41,200 nt of DNA, from NCBI GenBank assembly GCA_016185565.1, contig JACPNH010000031.1, positions 1-41,200 on the forward strand, in the 5' to 3' direction. The first letter of the stretch is position 1; each line of letters begins with the position of its first letter. The DNA comes from Candidatus Woesearchaeota archaeon (GTDB lineage Archaea; Nanobdellota; Nanobdellia; SCGC-AAA011-G17; JAGVZF01). Position numbers and translations under genes: made by a program. Under the pieces are notes generated by a model. The model searched no databases. It was not told the origin of the DNA and worked only from the letters and a program-made list of their open reading frames with translations. Positions 27,365-35,744 of this stretch are shown piece by piece.

Positions 27365-28354
27365 ATGTTTAAATTAACTTATACAGATATATTAAATGAA
27401 ATAAAAAATAAAACTGGGCTTTCTGAAGAAGATATTAATTCTAGAGTTAATAAAAAACTGGCATTGTTAAGCGATTTAATAAGCAAAGAAGGGGCAGCAC
27501 ATATTATAGCTAATGAACTAGGAGTTAAATTATTTCCAGAATATAGTGATAAGAAACTAAAGATTAAGGGATTGGTGCCAGGCTTAAATTTTATAAACAT
27601 TGATGCAAAGGTTTTGTCTGTTTTCGAAGTTAGATTATTTAAAAATGAGAAAAGAGAAGGTAAAATAGCAAGCATGATTATAGGAGATGAAACAGGCATC
27701 TCTAGGTTAGTTATATGGGACACTAAGTTAATAGAACTTATAGAATCTGGAAAAATAAAAGATAATGACACAATTTCAATTAAAAATGCATATTGCAAGG
27801 AAAACAATAATGGGCTTGAATTGCATTTGGGAAGTAAAGGGGGTATTATAGTTAATCCAGAAAATGTAGTTATAAATGAGATTAAGCATAGCAGAATAGT
27901 TAATCAGAAGCAGATTAAAGACTTAAAGGAAAATGAAATTGCAGATATTAATGGTACTATAGTACAGGTTTTTGAACCAAGATTTTACACTGCTTGTCCT
28001 GAATGTAATAAAAAAGCCGAGATGACAAATGGGGTTTTTTTATGCAATGAACATGGAAGTGTACTTGCAAGAGAGACCCCTATTGTAAACTTCTTTTTGG
28101 ATGATGGAACTGACAACATAAGGGTTGTTTGTTTTAGAGAAATTGCAAACAAGGTTTTAAATAATAACTTTGCAAAAATACGGGAAAATCCTAGCGAGTT
28201 CGATATTATAAAAAACGACATTTTGGGAAGACAAGTTAAGGTTACTGGCAGAGTGAATAAGAATGCGATGTTTGATAGATTAGAATTAACTGCCCAGAAT
28301 ATTGAAGAGTTAGACCCTAAACAATTGATAGAGGAGCTAAATAAGGAAAATTGA
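27365..28354 (+). CDS. rpa: Replication protein A-like ssDNA-binding protein (two OB folds plus Zn finger)
   Basis: GDETGISRLVIW and LDDGTDNIRVVCF OB motifs; CPEC...CNEH Zn finger. Confidence 0.88.
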   Translation: MFKLTYTDILNEIKNKTGLSEEDINSRVNKKLALLSDLISKEGAAHIIANELGVKLFPEYSDKKLKIKGLVPGLNFINIDAKVLSVFEVRLFKNEKREGKIASMIIGDETGISRLVIWDTKLIELIESGKIKDNDTISIKNAYCKENNNGLELHLGSKGGIIVNPENVVINEIKHSRIVNQKQIKDLKENEIADINGTIVQVFEPRFYTACPECNKKAEMTNGVFLCNEHGSVLARETPIVNFFLDDGTDNIRVVCFREIANKVLNNNFAKIRENPSEFDIIKNDILGRQVKVTGRVNKNAMFDRLELTAQNIEELDPKQLIEELNKEN

Positions 28355-28812
28355 TGTTTAAAACACATCTTTTAATATCTTTGCTTCTTGGCTTATTTAC
28401 TTTCCAGTTTTTTGAGATAAACAAGTTTATTTTTATTGCACTTGTGATATTGGCCGGAAGCCTACCAGACATAGATATTCCTAGCAGCAAAATAGGCAAA
28501 AAAACAAGGCCGGTATCAAATATTATTAATTTTTTATTCGGACACAGGGGAATATTGCATTCTATATTTATTCCAGTACTTTTGTTTTTTGTATTAAGCT
28601 ACTACAATCTTTATGAATATGGATATGCTGTTTTAATTGGATATTTGGGGCATCTATTGGCTGATGCTATAAGCAGTGAGGGAGTAAACTTTTTGCATCC
28701 GTTTTTAAAATTAAGGATACAGGGCTTTATAAGGGTGGGAGGATTTTTAGAATATATTTTGTTCATGTTACTCATTGGATTAGGTATTTTAAGTATACCC
28801 AGACTGTTTTAA
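28351..28812 (+). CDS. Membrane-bound metal-dependent hydrolase (YdjM/DUF457-like)
   Basis: KTH, GSLPDID, GHRGILHS, GYLGHLLAD motifs. Confidence 0.85.
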   Translation: MMFKTHLLISLLLGLFTFQFFEINKFIFIALVILAGSLPDIDIPSSKIGKKTRPVSNIINFLFGHRGILHSIFIPVLLFFVLSYYNLYEYGYAVLIGYLGHLLADAISSEGVNFLHPFLKLRIQGFIRVGGFLEYILFMLLIGLGILSIPRLF

Positions 28813-28907
28813 TATACACTGTAATATATATTATCAATTCACTTCTCACATCTCGCGGCTCGCGCGACAGCTTTATAAATGTTAGTGTATTATACTCAAT
28901 TGTCCTT

Positions 28908-29219
28908 ATGGACACATTTGAAATAAAAACCGAAAGGAAAAGGGAGTTGATTTCTATGGAAAAAAATAGGCCTGTAAAAAAATGGAGAGTTGGTAATATA
29001 GAGTGCAACATCTGGGAAAATGAAAAAGAAACACCAGAAGGCAACATAGTTGGCTTTAAGACTGTAAGTTTGAGGAAGAGCTGGAAACAGAATGAACAGT
29101 GGCACGATGCACAAATACAACTTAGAAGAAATGATATACAAAAGGTTATTATAGTATTGCAGAAGGCGCAAGAAGAGCTTTTATTGAATCAAGAGCAGAA
29201 AGAAACTGAAGGGGATTGA
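28908..29219 (+). CDS. Small hypothetical protein, possibly PC4/Whirly-like nucleic-acid binding
   Basis: Four beta-strand-like segments with exposed Trp/Arg/Lys followed by one helix (PVKKWRVGNIECNIWEN...VSLRKSWK...W...LRRNDIQKVIIVLQKA). Confidence 0.55.
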   Translation: MDTFEIKTERKRELISMEKNRPVKKWRVGNIECNIWENEKETPEGNIVGFKTVSLRKSWKQNEQWHDAQIQLRRNDIQKVIIVLQKAQEELLLNQEQKETEGD

Positions 29220-29224
29220 TAATA

Positions 29225-31690
29225 ATGGCAGAGAAAAAAGAAATAAAAGAAATTAGTGTGATGGACTTGCCAGGAGTTGGGGCTGCGACTGCTGAGAAAT
29301 TAAAGGAGGCTGGTTATGATTCTATGTTGGCTATCGCTGTTGCAAGCCCTGGAGAACTTGTGGAATTAGCCGGCTTTACTGAAGCCACTGCAAGAAAAGT
29401 GATTCAAGCATCTAGAAATGAGCTTAAGATGGGCTTTGAGAGTGGTGAAGACCTGCTGAAAAAGAGAGAGAGCATACTAAAATTAACAACAGGAAGCAGC
29501 GCATTAAATACACTTCTGGGCGGAGGCGTAGAAACTGGAGCTATAACAGAATTTTTTGGAGAATTCGGGAGTGGAAAATCAAGCATCGCACACCAACTGG
29601 CCGTCACCGTGCAAATGCCAATAGAAAAGGGCGGCATGGGTGGAACAGCAGTCTGGCTTGACTCAGAGTCAACATTTAGGCCAGAGAGAATAAAACAGAT
29701 AGCAAGCGCTTATGGGCTAGAAGCACTAGAAGTTCTTAGAAACATTAAAGTGGCGAGATGCTTTAACAGCGACCATCAAGTGCTGTTAGCAGAAAAGGTA
29801 GAGGATTTGATAACTAAAGATAAGCTGCCCATAAAACTAGTTATAGTGGACTCTTTGATGAGCCATTTCAGGGCAGATTTCAGCGGTCGCGGGCAGCTCG
29901 CAGATCGCCAACAAAAGATAAACAAACATATGCATACACTATTAAGACTCGCTACTACCTATAATGTAGCTATTTATGTTACAAATCAAGTTATGGCTAA
30001 ACCAGATACATTTTTTGGAGATCCTACTGTTGCAATTGGAGGCCATGTATTAGCCCATGCGTGTTTGGCTCCAAATACACTACTTCAATTGTCTGATGGA
30101 ACTATAAAACCAATAGCTGATTGCTATGACTATAATGAATTAGTTTGTGTTAAGCTTAGAGAAGGTATGCTGATAGCTAGCAATAAATTTGACCACTTTT
30201 TTATTAACACCAACGCAGAAAAAATTTATTCAATAGACGCCGGCTATAAAATAGAATCCTCCCCAGAGCACAGATTTTTTAAATTATCTGAAAACTGCGA
30301 GATTGAAGAATCAACTACAAAAGAATTGAAGATTGGAGATTTTGTGGCCTGTGCTAAAAGAATTTCAATAAGTGGGAAAAACCAAAAATTACCAAAAGTA
30401 AGCATAGAAAAAATTTTTAAATTAACAGATGATGGCAAAAATTTAGTATACAAAAAAATAAACGACAGCAATTTAACTAGGAAAGAATTTTGTAAACAAC
30501 TGTACGTAACTCCAAGACAGCTTAGACGAATCTTAAACCAAAACTATCCTACTAAAGAAGAAAATATTTTGGTTTTTAGTGACAAACTAGGTATGGGAAT
30601 GGAACAGATAGCAATGCAGGTACAGACTAATAAGCATAAAGAAATAGCCATTCCAGAATATTTTACACCCGCAATTTGCCAAATTCTGGGTTATTTTGCT
30701 GGTGATGGTTGTTTTGAAGACTATTCGCTTAGATTTAGGGACCAAAGATTAGATGTTTTGATGCATTACAAGGCATTATTTAAACAGGAATTTAATCTAG
30801 AAACCAACATAAGAAAGATAAAAGGGAAAAATTGTTTTAATCTTGATGCAAATAGCAAATCAATAAAAAGACTTTTTGAATTAGTAGACAAAAATTTGAT
30901 AACTTACATGTCAAAATTGCCTAATGAACATATAGCCGCTTTTATCAAAGGATTTGCCGATGCAGAGGGTTTTGTTGATAAAAAAAGACCTGCGCTATTT
31001 ATCGGGCAAAAACACGAATTATTTTTAAGATGCATGCAGATGTTGCTCTTAAGAATAGGTGTAAGGTCTACGCTGTCTAAATATAAGTCTAGTAGCAAAC
31101 AAGAATTTTATAATCTCCTATTTATAGGAAGAGATTTGGTAGATTTTGCTAATAAAATAAGTCTGACGGCTGATGATAAAAAACAAACACTTGAAAAATG
31201 GATTGAGCATAATAAACACATAAAATACAACAGAGAGTCAATACCAATTAGCAGAGAATATCTTAAAAATCTTCTTTTAGAAGCTGGAATTATGTACTCT
31301 AAAGCACTAAAACCAAGGCCAAAAGAGTACAAATATGTCAGTCTAAGAAACCTAAACAAAGTAATAGATGCTATAGAAAAACAAGGAAACTTGAGCGAAG
31401 AAACAAAGAGTAAAGTGAAATTTATAAAAACATTGATTAATGGCGATATAGAATGGAGAAAGGTAAGAGATATAAAACAATTACCTAACAAAGAGCCTTT
31501 ATACGATATAGCAGTTCCGGGTCAAGAAAATTATATCGCTAATGGTTTTATCGTCCACAATAGCACTTATAGAGTTTATCTTAGAAAAGGGAAGAAAGGA
31601 ACGAGAGTAGCTAAGATAATTGACGCGCCGCACTTACCCGAATCGGAGGCAATATTTATAGTGACCGAGCAAGGCATAAAAGATGCATAA
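29225..31690 (+). CDS. radA: DNA repair/recombination protein RadA containing an intein
   Basis: N-terminal HhH (DLPGVG), Walker A GEFGSGKS, ESTFRPER, VIVDS, TNQV, GGHVLAHA|STYRVYLRK, DAPHLPE. Confidence 0.95.
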   Translation: MAEKKEIKEISVMDLPGVGAATAEKLKEAGYDSMLAIAVASPGELVELAGFTEATARKVIQASRNELKMGFESGEDLLKKRESILKLTTGSSALNTLLGGGVETGAITEFFGEFGSGKSSIAHQLAVTVQMPIEKGGMGGTAVWLDSESTFRPERIKQIASAYGLEALEVLRNIKVARCFNSDHQVLLAEKVEDLITKDKLPIKLVIVDSLMSHFRADFSGRGQLADRQQKINKHMHTLLRLATTYNVAIYVTNQVMAKPDTFFGDPTVAIGGHVLAHACLAPNTLLQLSDGTIKPIADCYDYNELVCVKLREGMLIASNKFDHFFINTNAEKIYSIDAGYKIESSPEHRFFKLSENCEIEESTTKELKIGDFVACAKRISISGKNQKLPKVSIEKIFKLTDDGKNLVYKKINDSNLTRKEFCKQLYVTPRQLRRILNQNYPTKEENILVFSDKLGMGMEQIAMQVQTNKHKEIAIPEYFTPAICQILGYFAGDGCFEDYSLRFRDQRLDVLMHYKALFKQEFNLETNIRKIKGKNCFNLDANSKSIKRLFELVDKNLITYMSKLPNEHIAAFIKGFADAEGFVDKKRPALFIGQKHELFLRCMQMLLLRIGVRSTLSKYKSSSKQEFYNLLFIGRDLVDFANKISLTADDKKQTLEKWIEHNKHIKYNRESIPISREYLKNLLLEAGIMYSKALKPRPKEYKYVSLRNLNKVIDAIEKQGNLSEETKSKVKFIKTLINGDIEWRKVRDIKQLPNKEPLYDIAVPGQENYIANGFIVHNSTYRVYLRKGKKGTRVAKIIDAPHLPESEAIFIVTEQGIKDA
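30062..31561 (+). mobile_element. Intein (500 aa, Cys1) with HTH and LAGLIDADG endonuclease
   Basis: CLAPNTLLQL, block B SSPEHRFF, ILGYFAGDG, FIKGFADAEG, LYDIAVP...NGFIVHN followed by Ser+1. Confidence 0.94.
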
Positions 31691-31724
31691 GCTTTTTAAG
31701 TAACTTTTTTCTTATTTTTAGGTT

Positions 31725-32840
31725 ATGAAACTGTTTTTTGTCGTTACAGGCATAGGCTTAGGACATGCAACAAGAATTGAGGCTGTACTAAATGCTGTGT
31801 TAAAAAAAGACAAGAAATGCAAGATTAAGATAGCTGGCTACAAAAGCTCATATACTTATTTTAAAAATAAAGGTTTTAAGGTGATAAAACTGATCGGAGT
31901 TAATTATTCTTCAGAGAAATTTAAGGTTAATATATTCAACATATTAAGAACTAACCTTAAGTATCCACTAAATTTCAGGAGGGATGTAAAAACCTTGATG
32001 AATAATATAAAAGAATTTGATCCTGATTATGTAATAGTTGACTGGGAGTTATCTGGATTAATTGCTGCAAGTAATCTGAACAAAAAATCATTGCTTATAT
32101 TCAATTATGACCCCTTCACATTTGAATCGTTTTTGGATAAATTCATGCTTGGAAGAACAAAGGTGCTGCAGAGTAGGTTTGTTGAGACTATATATGCTGT
32201 TGCTGAGAAAAGGTCTATGGCAATATTCATTCCAGGATTGAAATACGAGGTTAAAAACAAATTCCACTTCATAGATTTTGTTGTGAGGGAAAAATATAAT
32301 GAGGTTGAGGACGAGGAAAAACTGATGGAAAAGCTAAGGTTAAGGAAAAAACCAATACTGGTTATGTTGGGAGGTTCAAATTTCGGGTATGACCTTTTTG
32401 AGAAAATGAAGGATGTAATTTTTGAAATAAAAAATGAGGATTTCATTGTTTTTGGATATAAAAAGAATTTCAAGAAAAAAAACATAGTATCTTTTAAATT
32501 CAGGGAAAATTATCTTGAATACTTAAAGGCAAGCAAAGGGGTTATAATGCTGGCTGGGCATTCAAGCTTTGCAGAATGTGCTGTATTTAAGAAGCCGTGC
32601 TTAGTATTTCCGATAAGAGGGCATGTTGAGCAGATGCTAAATGCATTCACAATAGAAAAAACAGGCATAGCTATGGTTAAGTATTTAAGTAAAATTAAAA
32701 AAGAGGAAATAGAAAAGGATTTGAATCAGTTTATGCATAATTTAGAAAATCTTCAAGAAAGGGCAAACATTCTTAATGCCAGAAGCGATGGGGCTGAGGA
32801 AGTGGTAAGATTTTTATTCATGGAGAAATCTGAGGAATAA
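31725..32840 (+). CDS. GT-B glycosyltransferase (MJ1255/GT28-like)
   Basis: TGIGLGHATR, LVMLGGS, AGHSSFAE, P..GHVEQ..NA motifs. Confidence 0.85.
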   Translation: MKLFFVVTGIGLGHATRIEAVLNAVLKKDKKCKIKIAGYKSSYTYFKNKGFKVIKLIGVNYSSEKFKVNIFNILRTNLKYPLNFRRDVKTLMNNIKEFDPDYVIVDWELSGLIAASNLNKKSLLIFNYDPFTFESFLDKFMLGRTKVLQSRFVETIYAVAEKRSMAIFIPGLKYEVKNKFHFIDFVVREKYNEVEDEEKLMEKLRLRKKPILVMLGGSNFGYDLFEKMKDVIFEIKNEDFIVFGYKKNFKKKNIVSFKFRENYLEYLKASKGVIMLAGHSSFAECAVFKKPCLVFPIRGHVEQMLNAFTIEKTGIAMVKYLSKIKKEEIEKDLNQFMHNLENLQERANILNARSDGAEEVVRFLFMEKSEE

Positions 32841-32841
32841 A

Positions 32842-33003
32842 ATGGTGGAAACAAGGGATGCAAAGAACAAGATAAATGAAGCATTAAACAGAATTTTAAT
32901 AAACGAGGATTCCGATGTTTTTGCCAGGAAATTGGAACATATTGTTTCTGTATGTAAAGAAAAGATAGACGAGCTTAGGAATTCAAAAAATAATAGCCAA
33001 TAA
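32842..33003 (+). CDS. Small helical hypothetical protein (53 aa)
   Basis: MVETRDAKNKINEALNRIL...KNNSQ*; starts 1 nt after the GT stop with GAGG upstream and fills the gap to the tRNA. Confidence 0.55.
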   Translation: MVETRDAKNKINEALNRILINEDSDVFARKLEHIVSVCKEKIDELRNSKNNSQ

Positions 33004-33004
33004 G

Positions 33005-33113
33005 CGCTCCTGCCGGGATTTGAACCCGGGTTACAACCTATCTTCTTATTATACAAACCGCAGGGTTGCGTCTTTTTTGGGTTTTTAGGCTATCCAAACT
33101 AGACTACAGGAGC
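33005..33113 (-). tRNA. tRNA-Arg(GCG) with two introns (D-loop 20a/21 and canonical 37/38)
   Basis: Acceptor GCTCCTG/CAGGAGC plus G73, D stem GTCT/AGAC, anticodon stem CAACC/GGTTG with CT-GCG-G, T arm CCGGG-TTCAAAT-CCCGG. Removing 17 nt (33075-33091) and 18 nt (33040-33057) gives a 74-nt cloverleaf with A20. Confidence 0.88.
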
Positions 33114-33162
33114 AGTTATCCGAATTTTCAAAAACTTTATAAACATTTGTTTAAACTCCCTC

Positions 33163-33342
33163 ATGAAAATGAACTCAATATTGAAGTGTAATTCATGTAA
33201 AGTTAGTGTAACTAATCTTACTGGTTTGGTTAGATTTACATGCCCTAGCTGTAGCGAGAAAGAGATAGTAAGATGTTCCCATTGTAGGGAAATAGCAGCA
33301 AGATACAAATGCGATAACTGCGGTTTTTCTGGGCCTAATTAA
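33163..33342 (+). CDS. Zn-ribbon protein (DUF1610/HVO_2753-like), missed by ORF track
   Basis: 59 aa with four CxxC (CNSC, CPSC, CSHC, CDNC) ending GFSGPN; conserved archaeal position upstream of EF-1beta. Confidence 0.9.
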   Translation: MKMNSILKCNSCKVSVTNLTGLVRFTCPSCSEKEIVRCSHCREIAARYKCDNCGFSGPN

Positions 33343-33343
33343 A

Positions 33344-33619
33344 ATGGCTAATATAGTAGTTACATTAAAAATTATGCCTAAAAATCCAAAAACTGATTTG
33401 AAATCTTTAGAATTGAAAGCAAAAGAGCATATAAAGAAATTTGGTGGAGACGTGGGCAAAATTGAATTGGAACCTATTGCTTTTGGATTAAAGGCAATAA
33501 AGCTTATATTTGTGATGGATGAGGATAGGGGCAGCACAGAATCTTTAGAAGATGCTATAAAAAGAATTAATGGTGTTAATTCTGTAGAAGTTTTGGATGT
33601 AAGAAGGGCTATTGGATAG
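33344..33619 (+). CDS. ef1b: Translation elongation factor aEF-1beta
   Basis: VTLKIMP, EPIAFGLKAI, GVNSVEV motifs; 91 aa. Confidence 0.95.
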   Translation: MANIVVTLKIMPKNPKTDLKSLELKAKEHIKKFGGDVGKIELEPIAFGLKAIKLIFVMDEDRGSTESLEDAIKRINGVNSVEVLDVRRAIG

Positions 33620-33650
33620 TTTTATTAAGTAAAATTATTTCTGAAGTGAA

Positions 33651-34274
33651 ATGGAAAAACTGAGTCCTGAACAAATCAAGGAATTAAATGAAATAGCGAG
33701 ACTACCTAGAGAAGAACAGCAAGCCAGGTTACAAGAATTTTTAAGCACTTTAAGCGAGGAACAGATCGAATTTTTAAAAAGTCAACAAGAACAAAGCTGC
33801 CCATTTTGTAGTATAATTTTTGGAGGCGTAACTTCTAATAAAATTTATGAAGATGACAAGATTATGGCGGTTCTTGACATAAATCCTGCTAATGTAGGGC
33901 ATTTTATTACCTTTCCAAAAGAGCATATAAAAAATTCTTTTGAGATGAAACCAGAGAGTCTTATGTATTTGATTAGCGTAAGCAATTTACTAGCTAAAAA
34001 AATGCAGATTGTTGTTAAATCAGATGGGTTTAACATCTTAATATCAAATGGCTTAATCGCAGGGCAGAGAAGCGAACATTTTATAGTTCACTGTATTCCA
34101 AGATTTAAGGAAGATGAGATTAATTTCATTTGGAAGCCAAAAATGATGGACGAAAGCATTATCAACAATATTATTAAAGAATTTAGTAACTTTAAGGCTT
34201 ACAATGAAAGAAAAGTAGTTGGGGAAGAAAGAAAGAGTGATGAAGTTTATTATGAAGAAGATAGAATACCCTAA
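33651..34274 (+). CDS. HIT-family protein with N-terminal helical extension and degenerate triad
   Basis: CPFC, IYEDD, LDINPANVGH, GFNI, AGQ; HFIVH in place of HxHxH. Confidence 0.82.
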   Translation: MEKLSPEQIKELNEIARLPREEQQARLQEFLSTLSEEQIEFLKSQQEQSCPFCSIIFGGVTSNKIYEDDKIMAVLDINPANVGHFITFPKEHIKNSFEMKPESLMYLISVSNLLAKKMQIVVKSDGFNILISNGLIAGQRSEHFIVHCIPRFKEDEINFIWKPKMMDESIINNIIKEFSNFKAYNERKVVGEERKSDEVYYEEDRIP

Positions 34275-35152
34275 ATGAAAAATAGCACTATATTACCAAA
34301 AACTAGACTTATAATTAAGGATATAAAAAAAGAAGGCACAAATGGAATCCCTTCTTTTATTGTAACATAGTTTATTTTGTTTTTGTATTTTTTTAAATTT
34401 TCTATGTCTTCCTTGGAGATGCCTATATTTCTTGGAGTATAAACTAGGTTGTTGTTGATAATTATTTTGTCAACTACCCAATCACCCTCTGTAAGCTTGT
34501 CTATTGTTATCTTTTTGAACATACAAGAATTTTCAACAGATTTTATGAATAAAGACAGATAAAGAAGAAATAATGAAATAATAACTGTAATAAAAATAAA
34601 GATTCTTAAAAATTCATCTAATAAAAAAGATAATAACAACAAAATTAATACTGACATAACTAATATCTTTCTTATACGTATATTTTTTCTTAGTATAGCT
34701 TTAAATTCCTTTTTTAGAAGATTGTTATTTTTAATTCCTAGATTGATTGCCCATAATATGCCATAAATAGCTCCTATGATAACTAAGTTTAGTAAGAAAA
34801 CAAGTATAAAAGGCAAAAAATTTATGTTCGGATTAAAGGTTTTTAATAAAGATTCAGGATAACTATAAAAAATAAGCCCAATTGCAATCAGCAGTTTAGC
34901 ATCTCCACAACCCCATTGTTTTGAATAGTACATTATGTTCGCTATTAAAAAACCTATAGCAAAACCAAAAAAAGGATTTATTAAAAAATGAATGTCCTTT
35001 TTAATTATGTAATTTATTAAAAAAAATGTGATGCCTATTATTATTAGGCTATAGTTTAACCAGTCTGGTACTTCCCTTGTTTTTAAATCAAATATTGAGG
35101 CAAAAAATACCCATATCAAGGCTATTAATACAAGCAATATTATTAAGTCCAT
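34271..35152 (-). CDS. Prepilin/prearchaellin peptidase, A24 family (PibD/FlaK-like)
   Basis: DLKTREVPD, GCGDAKLL (GxGD), C-terminal LTEGDW...GIPFVPSF; multiple TM helices. Confidence 0.9.
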   Translation of the reverse strand: MDLIILLVLIALIWVFFASIFDLKTREVPDWLNYSLIIIGITFFLINYIIKKDIHFLINPFFGFAIGFLIANIMYYSKQWGCGDAKLLIAIGLIFYSYPESLLKTFNPNINFLPFILVFLLNLVIIGAIYGILWAINLGIKNNNLLKKEFKAILRKNIRIRKILVMSVLILLLLSFLLDEFLRIFIFITVIISLFLLYLSLFIKSVENSCMFKKITIDKLTEGDWVVDKIIINNNLVYTPRNIGISKEDIENLKKYKNKINYVTIKEGIPFVPSFFISLIISLVFGNIVLFFI

Positions 35153-35227
35153 AATACTTGTTTAATTATAACTTATATAAAAATTGTATGGAAAGTTTTA
35201 AATAATTTGTTAAGATTAATAAATTAA

Positions 35228-35695
35228 ATGCTGACAGATAAGGAAATTTTTAAACTGGCAAATGATGCATATAATGATTTCTTAGCTAATTTTTTAGTAG
35301 AATGTCAGTTTGAAGTAGTATCTTTAAATAAGTTTTTGTTAATACTTGAAAAAAACCTTTATTTGCAGGAAATTTTTAAGGAGTCTTCATTAAAAAACCC
35401 TAAGGATATTAGTTTGCCTGTGTTGGTTACAAGCGGAGAAAAATATAAACTCTCTTTTTGTAGCAGTATACTTGGCAAAATACTGAAAGGATTTTCTAAA
35501 GAAAAGCAGAGAATGTTCATTTCAGCAATTACATTGCATGAGCTATATCATATTGTAAACCAGGTTGAAAGAAGAGAGCTGAATTTGTTTTCCTTTTTAA
35601 AATCAAATAAAAGGGCCTATCAAGAATTTAAAGAGGACTATAAAGAACTAGCTAGGATATTAGAAGAGGCTAAAAGAAGATTCAAGAAGAAATAA
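35228..35695 (+). CDS. Hypothetical protein with HExxH (zincin-like)
   Basis: AITLHELYHI in a 155-aa soluble ORF. Confidence 0.6.
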   Translation: MLTDKEIFKLANDAYNDFLANFLVECQFEVVSLNKFLLILEKNLYLQEIFKESSLKNPKDISLPVLVTSGEKYKLSFCSSILGKILKGFSKEKQRMFISAITLHELYHIVNQVERRELNLFSFLKSNKRAYQEFKEDYKELARILEEAKRRFKKK

Positions 35696-35744
35696 TAAAG
35701 TCTTTAGTAAGGTTTAAATATAAATATATGATAAAGGTGGCATA

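Noticed and set aside
33005..33040. tRNA 3' end as an integration site
   Set aside because: No duplicate of the tRNA 3' end and no integrase seen in the window.
32814..33056. 80-aa minus-strand ORF
   Set aside because: Overlaps the tRNA T-arm and acceptor stem and the plus-strand 53-aa ORF.
33099..33537. Two minus-strand ORFs
   Set aside because: Shadows of the Zn-ribbon and EF-1beta genes.
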